Below, piece by piece: positions 57,830 to 64,000 of a stretch of 64,000 bases of DNA. Source of the DNA: Longimicrobiales bacterium (GTDB lineage: Bacteria > Gemmatimonadota > Gemmatimonadetes > Longimicrobiales > Gaopeijiaceae). The position numbers were made by a program, and so were the translations under genes. The stretch spans positions 1,216,001 to 1,280,000 of the forward strand of contig CAXXKM010000003.1 in assembly GCA_963664435.2 (NCBI GenBank), read 5' to 3'. The notes under the pieces were generated by a model, which was not told where the DNA came from, did not search any database, and worked only from the letters and a program-made list of their open reading frames with translations. The stretch's first letter is position 1; every line of letters starts with the position of its first letter.

Positions 57830-59242
57830 TCACGGCTCGTCGGACGCGAGCCTCGTGCGCTCCTGCAGCAACCGCTGGTAGTCGTCGTCGCTCAGATACG
57901 TGATCCCCACCCAGGCGTGCGACATCTCGTCCACGCCGCGGGCGCCGAACAGCACCCACTGGTCCGGATCGGGATTGATGGGATTGTTGGCGGTATTGTC
58001 GAACTGTGAGTGGAAGAGGAGCACGGTGCCTCTGGGCAGCAGCGGCTGCACATCGTCTTCGTACATGTAGGCGATCTGCCAGTTGTGGTTGTACTGGTCC
58101 ACGCGGCTGAGCATCTCGCGGCGACCATCGGGATAGATGGCCTCCATGGACATCGCGGTGCCCCGCATGTGCATGTGGGGCCGGAAACTCTGAAGGAGCG
58201 CCGGCTGGTCGAGCACGTAGGCGTGCTCCAGGGTGAGATAGCCGTGCGGCGGGATGATCAGGTCGCGGGCGCGCGGGCCGGTCCTGAAGGTGCCGTCGAT
58301 GAGGTGCCGCTGCTCCCCCGAGGACGACAGTTCGGGCTCGTAGCCCGGCGGATAGAGCCAGACGCCGGCCTCGACCACGTCATCCGGCACCGGGGTGCCG
58401 ATCGGGAAATAGTGGAGCCCCCAGGAGATCCGCGCGGGTCCGGGAAGCAGGAGCTTGCCCACGCCGTCGGGCAGCTTGTCCCAGCGCTTGCCGACGCCCA
58501 TGCCGACCAGCTCCATGCGGTAGCCGTCCTGCACGAAGCGTACGTGCCCGTGGTGCACGACCTTGACGCCCAGCGGATATGAGGGCTTGAACTCCGCCGC
58601 CCGGATCCAGCGGCGCTCCGGGAGCCCCTCGAAGTCGACCGTGTGGTCCCACCACTGGTCCTGGCCGTTGGCGACGACCGTGAAGGGCTCCGAGCGCACC
58701 ACGAAGTCGGGCGGGCCCAGCTCACCCTCGAGCTCCCACTCGTACGCGGGCGGGAAGTCGATGGGCGCCGGCATGTCGGCAGGGTCGCCCTCGGGCGCGC
58801 CGGCGTCGGCCCATTGCACGATGGTGGCGATCTCGTCGTCGCTGAGGGAGATGTCGTTCTCGTACTCCTGGATGCCAACCGTCTTGTCGAGGTGCCAGGG
58901 CGGCATGATGCGCTGTTGCACCCGGTAGCGGATGAGCGGCGCGAAGGGCACCGTCTGCTCGTAGGTGAGGAGCGGCATGGGGCCGATGCCGTCCGGCCGG
59001 TGGCACTGCTGGCAGGAGCGCTGGATGATGGGCGCGACATCGCGTGCGAAGGTCGGCACGTCGTCGTGCACGGAGCCGGCGCCGTTCGGGTTGGCCGCAA
59101 CATCCTCCGCATTCTGGGCGGTGAGGGGCGTCCCCCATGCAAGCCCGAGGAACAGCGGGAGGGCCGCGAGGGCAGGATGCCTGCCCTGCCCGAGCGCCCG
59201 GGAAGCGAAATGGCCGGCGGTGCGCTTCCTGTCGTTCATCAT
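57830..59242 (-). CDS. Secreted haem-c + copper type II (PHM/DBH-like) monooxygenase-like protein
   Basis: TFARDVAPI...CQQCH, VVHHGH, PHMHMRG, DEMSHAW. Confidence 0.78.
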   Translation of the reverse strand: MMNDRKRTAGHFASRALGQGRHPALAALPLFLGLAWGTPLTAQNAEDVAANPNGAGSVHDDVPTFARDVAPIIQRSCQQCHRPDGIGPMPLLTYEQTVPFAPLIRYRVQQRIMPPWHLDKTVGIQEYENDISLSDDEIATIVQWADAGAPEGDPADMPAPIDFPPAYEWELEGELGPPDFVVRSEPFTVVANGQDQWWDHTVDFEGLPERRWIRAAEFKPSYPLGVKVVHHGHVRFVQDGYRMELVGMGVGKRWDKLPDGVGKLLLPGPARISWGLHYFPIGTPVPDDVVEAGVWLYPPGYEPELSSSGEQRHLIDGTFRTGPRARDLIIPPHGYLTLEHAYVLDQPALLQSFRPHMHMRGTAMSMEAIYPDGRREMLSRVDQYNHNWQIAYMYEDDVQPLLPRGTVLLFHSQFDNTANNPINPDPDQWVLFGARGVDEMSHAWVGITYLSDDDYQRLLQERTRLASDEP

Positions 59243-59300
59243 GCTCTCTCCAACCGTTGGTGAGACTGCCCGGGCGCCGTGTCGGTCCAGAAGCCGCGGG

Positions 59301-60350
59301 TCATCGCCCGACCTCCACATGCAGGTATCCATTGGTCCAGCAACACTGGAATTCGAACTCGGGGATGCGGTTGTACGCAAGTACGCGCACGACGTAGCTG
59401 CCCGGCTCGCTGAAGGTCGCGTCCGTGATCACCGCCGCGCCGCCCTCCGCGCTCCACGCCTCATGGGGGACCTCGGCCTCCGGCTCGCCGAACGTTACGC
59501 GGCCGGGGCCGCGGTGCTTGAACCACCTGAGGTGGATCGGGCGCAGGTCATCGGGGAAAACGCCGTCCCGGTGGGCCCACGCCACCAGGCGCACGGGCTC
59601 ACCCGCTTTCGCGCTCACCGGCCCCGCCGAGATGCCGGCAGGACCCTGGGCCCCGGTGCCATCGCGCTCCAGCCGCAGCACCGGCGAGGAACTCTCCCTT
59701 CCCGGGAAAACCCACCCGTTGATCTGGTAGTGCGGGCTCCGGATCCGTCCCGGAACGGAATAGGTGCGCCCGTCGTGGCGCAGGCTCCAGACCACGTCTC
59801 CGTCCCCGAAGTCGGAGGGGACCGTGACTGTAAAGACCCCCCAATGACGGCGGTCTCCCTCCGGCACCGGGAGGAAGTGCGTGGGTTGGACGCCGTCGTA
59901 GACGCTCGGCTCGAGGAAGTTGTCCTCCCCCAGCGGAATATCGAGGATCTCCTCGGTGTTTACGTTGAAGTAGCCGAAGGAGAGGGCGTATGAGCCGTCC
60001 GGCAACCGGTACCAGCCCTCGAAGATGGGGATGACCGGGCCGCCCGAGGGGCGCAGGAAGTCGAGGTTGAACTGGGTTTCGCCGGGTTCCGCGACGCGCT
60101 GCTGGGAGGCGCGGGGGACCTGGGCTTCGAGGGGCGCCGAGAGGCAGGCGGCAGCCGCGGAGACGGCCAGCGCAGGCGCGAGCGCGAGACGGCGCGTCCA
60201 TCGCCCGATGCGGCGACCGCCGCCAGCGACGAGTGCCGCCGTCATGCGGCGCGGCCTCCGCTCGCGATGATGGCTATTGAGCGCGCGGCGTCCTGCAGGA
60301 AACGCATCGATCGGCACGGTGGACGCGCCAGTCGTAACCCGGGGTCTCAT
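59301..60350 (-). CDS. Hypothetical secreted protein with C-terminal Ig/PKD-like segment
   Basis: PIFEGWY..PDGSY..SFGYFN, ATFSEPGSYVVRV, terminal QCCWTNG. Start uncertain (60350 or 60245). Confidence 0.7.
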   Translation of the reverse strand: MRPRVTTGASTVPIDAFPAGRRALNSHHRERRPRRMTAALVAGGGRRIGRWTRRLALAPALAVSAAAACLSAPLEAQVPRASQQRVAEPGETQFNLDFLRPSGGPVIPIFEGWYRLPDGSYALSFGYFNVNTEEILDIPLGEDNFLEPSVYDGVQPTHFLPVPEGDRRHWGVFTVTVPSDFGDGDVVWSLRHDGRTYSVPGRIRSPHYQINGWVFPGRESSSPVLRLERDGTGAQGPAGISAGPVSAKAGEPVRLVAWAHRDGVFPDDLRPIHLRWFKHRGPGRVTFGEPEAEVPHEAWSAEGGAAVITDATFSEPGSYVVRVLAYNRIPEFEFQCCWTNGYLHVEVGR

Positions 60351-60358
60351 TCGCTTCC

Positions 60359-62617
60359 TCAGGGCTCGCTCAACTTGAAGACGTACAGGGCGTTGTGCCC
60401 CTCGGGACTCACCAGCTCCGGGGTCAGGAAGGTGGGGATGCGCCAGGGGCTGCCTCCGCCGCGCGCGGTCGCCACCGCCACGTACTGCACGCCGTCGACC
60501 TCGTAGGCAATCGGGTATCCCATCACCGAGGTGCCCAGGCGGCTCCGCCACAGCACCTCGCCGGTGCGCACGTCGTAGGCGCGGATCCAGCGGTCGAAGT
60601 CGCCGACGAAGACGAGGCCTCCCGCCGTGGTCAGCGCCGCGGTCAGGAAGGGTGCATGCTGCTCGATGCTCCACACTTCGTCGAGGGTGGCCACGTCATA
60701 GGCCGCCAGCTTGCCGAAGTTGCCGTCCGTGCCGGGCATCTCCATCCACGCGCGGTCGCCCTGGTTGCCGCCGGAGCCTGGCTCCAGCACCGTCTCCCGT
60801 CCGGCGATCTCCATGCAGCTCTGGCTCAGCGGCGTGACCAGGAGGCCGGACTGCGGATGGTATCCGCTCGCCGGCCAGTTGTGGCCGCCGGCGGTCGAGG
60901 GGCAGACCGAGAGCCACTCGTCGATCTTGGCGTTGGCAATATCATCTCTATATTGAACGGCGCCTGTATTATAATCTATATTCAATATGTTCTGATATAC
61001 GGTCTCCGTAAGTCCCAGGAACGCGCCGTCGCGTCGGTCCAGCTTCCACAGGATGCCGTGCTTGCCGATGGAGATGACCGTGGGTTCGCCGTTCACGTCC
61101 AGCAGCACGCGCTCGAGCGCCTCGTCCATGTCCAGCGATTCGCCCGGGACGTGGGTGTAGTACCAGGCGATGCTTCCGTCCTCGACGCGGAGGGCGAGGG
61201 TGGAGTTGGCGTAGGCGGTGGAATCGGCCGTGGTGAGGCCTCGGCTCGCCGCCACCCACGGCTTTGCCTGAGCGGTGCCGAAGTAGACCAGCCCGAGCTC
61301 CGGATCCCAGCTGCCGGTCATCCAGACGTCGGCCCCGCCGCGCAGCTCGAAGGGCAGGTCGCCCCAGGTGTCGCCGCCGGGCTCGCCGGGGCGGGCCACG
61401 GTGTAGGTGCGCCAGAGTTGGCGGCCGGTGCGGGCGTCGTGGGCCGTGATGAAGCAGCTTTCCTCGTAGAAGCGGCCGCAGCCGTTGATCCCGTTGATGA
61501 CTCTGCCGTCGGCCACGATTGGACCCGTGCTGTTCGAGTAGCCCTTCTCCGGGTCGGCGATACGGGTCTCCCAGCGGACGGTCCCGGTGGCGGCATCGAG
61601 CGCCACCATGTGGGCGTCGGCGGTGGCCACGTAGAGGAGGTCCTCCCAGATGGCGAGGGTGCGCAGCTGCCCGCGCGGGCCGCCCTCGAAGCGGCGGCGG
61701 TATTCCCACAGCGGGGTGCCGTCGGCCGCATCCAGCGCCTGCACCACGTTGCCGGGATTGCTGAGGAAGAGAACCCCATCGCGAACCAGGGGCGCCTGCT
61801 GGCTGCGCCCGTCCTCCATCCCCCACGACCAGGCGAGCTGCAAGCGGTGGACGTTCGACGCGTCGACCTGGTCGAGCGGGCTGTACCCCCACGAGCCCGG
61901 GTTGCCGCGCCAGTGCAGCCAGTCGGCCGCGGGGGGATCGGCCAGGTCGGCGTCGGAGGCGGGGGCGGGGGCTGCGGGGCGCCAGGTGCGGGTCACGCCG
62001 GTCGGGGTCTCGGTGAACTCGCCGACCCCGCCCGGTGGCGGCCCGGTCAGCGCGTGCGGCGAGGGACCGGTGCCGGGCTGGCCGGGAACGGGGGGGACGA
62101 CGGGGGGCGCGGAGATGTCTTGTAGGGATGCGGGCGCATCTTCGGTCGCCTGGCCCGCAGCGGCCTCCGTACCGGCCGAGGCATCCCCGGGCTGCGATGG
62201 CGTGGCCGCCCCGGCCGGCTCGCCCCCGAGCGAGACCCCTCCCAAGCTTCCCCCGTTCTCCCTGATGATGTACGCCACCACGGCAGCGTACTCCGCGTCG
62301 CTCAGGGACTCGGGTGCGTCCTCCGGCATGGTCGACCGGATATTCTCGAGCAGCTCACCGATAGGCTCGCTCCCCCAGGCCCTGCGGAAGCTCCGGCCAG
62401 CGAGCTCCGGAGCCTCGAAGTCACCCCGCAGGTTGGCCAGGTGGCAGTCGGCGCAGGCGTCCCGATACACGCCCTCGCCTGCTTCCGCCTGCTCGTGGGT
62501 GTAGACCGGCACATCCGTTGCATCGGCTTGCAGGCCGACGACCGGAGACGGACGCGCGGCTGCAGTGACGGCCAGCGCCGGAACTATCAGAAGAAGAGGC
62601 CTCACATATCGCGCCAC
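60359..62617 (-). CDS. PQQ-dependent dehydrogenase with N-terminal cytochrome c domain
   Basis: YT..QA..G..VY...CADCH, YSPLDQV...NV..L..AW, Trp-docking motifs (ALDA.TG...W), [23 protein letters not shown]. Confidence 0.9.
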   Translation of the reverse strand: MARYVRPLLLIVPALAVTAAARPSPVVGLQADATDVPVYTHEQAEAGEGVYRDACADCHLANLRGDFEAPELAGRSFRRAWGSEPIGELLENIRSTMPEDAPESLSDAEYAAVVAYIIRENGGSLGGVSLGGEPAGAATPSQPGDASAGTEAAAGQATEDAPASLQDISAPPVVPPVPGQPGTGPSPHALTGPPPGGVGEFTETPTGVTRTWRPAAPAPASDADLADPPAADWLHWRGNPGSWGYSPLDQVDASNVHRLQLAWSWGMEDGRSQQAPLVRDGVLFLSNPGNVVQALDAADGTPLWEYRRRFEGGPRGQLRTLAIWEDLLYVATADAHMVALDAATGTVRWETRIADPEKGYSNSTGPIVADGRVINGINGCGRFYEESCFITAHDARTGRQLWRTYTVARPGEPGGDTWGDLPFELRGGADVWMTGSWDPELGLVYFGTAQAKPWVAASRGLTTADSTAYANSTLALRVEDGSIAWYYTHVPGESLDMDEALERVLLDVNGEPTVISIGKHGILWKLDRRDGAFLGLTETVYQNILNIDYNTGAVQYRDDIANAKIDEWLSVCPSTAGGHNWPASGYHPQSGLLVTPLSQSCMEIAGRETVLEPGSGGNQGDRAWMEMPGTDGNFGKLAAYDVATLDEVWSIEQHAPFLTAALTTAGGLVFVGDFDRWIRAYDVRTGEVLWRSRLGTSVMGYPIAYEVDGVQYVAVATARGGGSPWRIPTFLTPELVSPEGHNALYVFKLSEP

Positions 62618-62770
62618 GACGCATCTCGCCTGCGACAGGATGGTGAACTCACATTCTCAGGATGCCGCCGCTCGACCAACCGGGCAAGACAGCGTGGCTG
62701 GCTTCGGCGGACGGCGGAACCGATGGTCCCGCGCGCTGTAAGGGACGCTCGGCCAGGGCCGAGTATCGAC

Positions 62771-63988
62771 TCACGGCTCGCCCCGCGTGAGCCGCAGCAC
62801 CTGGGGATGCTCGACATCCAGCTCGTCGTGCCAGACGCCGAGGACGGCGTCCAAGGTGATGTCTGTCAGACTGAAGCGATCCGGAGCCTTGACGGTCCCG
62901 TGCCAGATGCCGCCGATATCGAGCACCAGCCATTCCTGCGGCCTGTCCATTTCACTCAATCCCCGGTACAACTCCAGCCACACCGCTCCAGCCGGGTCCA
63001 CCAGCATTTGTACGAACGCGGGTCGGGTTGGGGGGGTGGGCAGCGCCTCGATGCTTCGACGGATGAGGGGGTGAAGCGTGACGCCCGGAGGAAGATCGAC
63101 GTCGAGATAGGCTTCGCGTTCGGCGGCGACCTCGGCACTGGCAAGGGCCAGGTCATAGCCGGGGACGCGAAGGATGCGAACGATGTTGCCCGCCAGATCC
63201 AATTCCTCGACCTGCATCAGATCCGAGGATCCGAAGAAGACCCGTGGTCCGAGAGTGGCGATTTCCGCGTCTCTTCCAAACAGGGGCGGCCTACTCCCGG
63301 AGTAGTCCTCAAAGGCGAAGGAGTAGAACTCGCGTCCCGGCCACTCGCCGATGCTGTCGATCCGGATGCCTTCCCGGTCGAACCGGCCAAGTACGATCGG
63401 GGGACGGATCATTCGGTTCGCGATCTCCACAGGTCCGCGATCCATGAGCGACTCGCCAAGCAGCGTCCCGTCACCCGGAGAATGGATTTCGTGGACGCTG
63501 AAGGGCAGCGTGAAGGTCCGGACCAGCTCCATATCGGGACCCACTACGGTCACCCGTCCCCCGGAGTCGAGTGCGAACACCGTGTCGGCGACGAATTCGA
63601 TCTGTTGGATGTCGCTGAACTCGCCAGGGCCCTCTCCTGGCCCACCCAGCGCCCCCAGGAACTCCCCTTCGGCCGAATAATGGCGTAGTTGCCGGGACGC
63701 TCGATCGGCAAGCAGGAGCGAGCCGTCCGGCCGCTGCCGGAGGCCGCGGACGCGGAAGAACTCGTGGGACGTGCCCGTGCCGGACACAGTCAGATCGACG
63801 AGCGGATCCGGATCGATGCTCCAGAGGCTCGACTCACCCCATAGCGGGCGCGTCGCCTCGATGATCTCTATGCCGGCGCTGTCGCGTTGGACGATCAGGG
63901 ACAGGCCGGAGTCCTGGGGCGAACAGGACACAATCCCACACAGCAGGAGGGCGGCAACCCGAAGATCGACGATCCAGGGTGAGGACAT
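62771..63988 (-). CDS. 6-bladed beta-propeller lipoprotein
   Basis: IVSC lipobox, RDSAGIEII, LGGPGEGPGEF, VDPAGAVW, DELDVEH. Confidence 0.75.
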   Translation of the reverse strand: MSSPWIVDLRVAALLLCGIVSCSPQDSGLSLIVQRDSAGIEIIEATRPLWGESSLWSIDPDPLVDLTVSGTGTSHEFFRVRGLRQRPDGSLLLADRASRQLRHYSAEGEFLGALGGPGEGPGEFSDIQQIEFVADTVFALDSGGRVTVVGPDMELVRTFTLPFSVHEIHSPGDGTLLGESLMDRGPVEIANRMIRPPIVLGRFDREGIRIDSIGEWPGREFYSFAFEDYSGSRPPLFGRDAEIATLGPRVFFGSSDLMQVEELDLAGNIVRILRVPGYDLALASAEVAAEREAYLDVDLPPGVTLHPLIRRSIEALPTPPTRPAFVQMLVDPAGAVWLELYRGLSEMDRPQEWLVLDIGGIWHGTVKAPDRFSLTDITLDAVLGVWHDELDVEHPQVLRLTRGEP

Positions 63989-64000
63989 CGTTATTGCTGG

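Noticed and set aside
60960..60995. dif-like site (ATAATCTATATT..ATGTT) in the AT-rich patch
   Set aside because: Only partial resemblance. No proper TTATGTTAAAT-type XerD arm at the right spacing, and it lies within a CDS.
1..64000. tRNA, rRNA or riboswitch genes
   Set aside because: None recognised by eye. tRNAscan-SE and an Infernal/Rfam search would be needed to exclude them.

Overview
GC-rich bacterial chromosomal window. The gene content (many secreted ankyrin, LRR, Big_2, NHL and beta-propeller proteins) suggests a Gemmatimonadota-like, possibly host-associated organism, which is inference only. 1-23 kb is mostly core or metabolic: rluD, ileS with a GLHH variant of HIGH, PNP, yggS, exbB-exbD-exbD-tonB, GGT, amidase, tctCBA with a ThDP enzyme, and a BNR/VPS10 protein. 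23-49 kb is accessory: metacaspase, ankyrin and Ig-domain proteins, a frameshifted all-in-one kinase/regulator, and an alpha/beta-hydrolase gene split by a 13,865-bp integrative element. That element is bounded by TGCACCGGC direct repeats (34522-34530 / 48387-48395), and in-silico excision restores a 493-aa ORF. It encodes a tyrosine integrase, a type IV coupling protein, an atypical relaxase candidate and a 1.6-kaa Ig-LRR-metalloprotease. Nested in it is a complete IS110 (43617-44972) whose left end holds a readable bridge RNA: its four guide segments match the actual target flanks and the circular donor junction around a CT core. 49-64 kb holds an NHL/PAL-like protein, hipBA, DUF1028, RidA, an aldo/keto reductase, and a PQQ-dehydrogenase/haem-c copper-monooxygenase-like cluster, with an AT-rich recoded patch inside the PQQ gene. 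No rRNA, tRNA or CRISPR array was seen.
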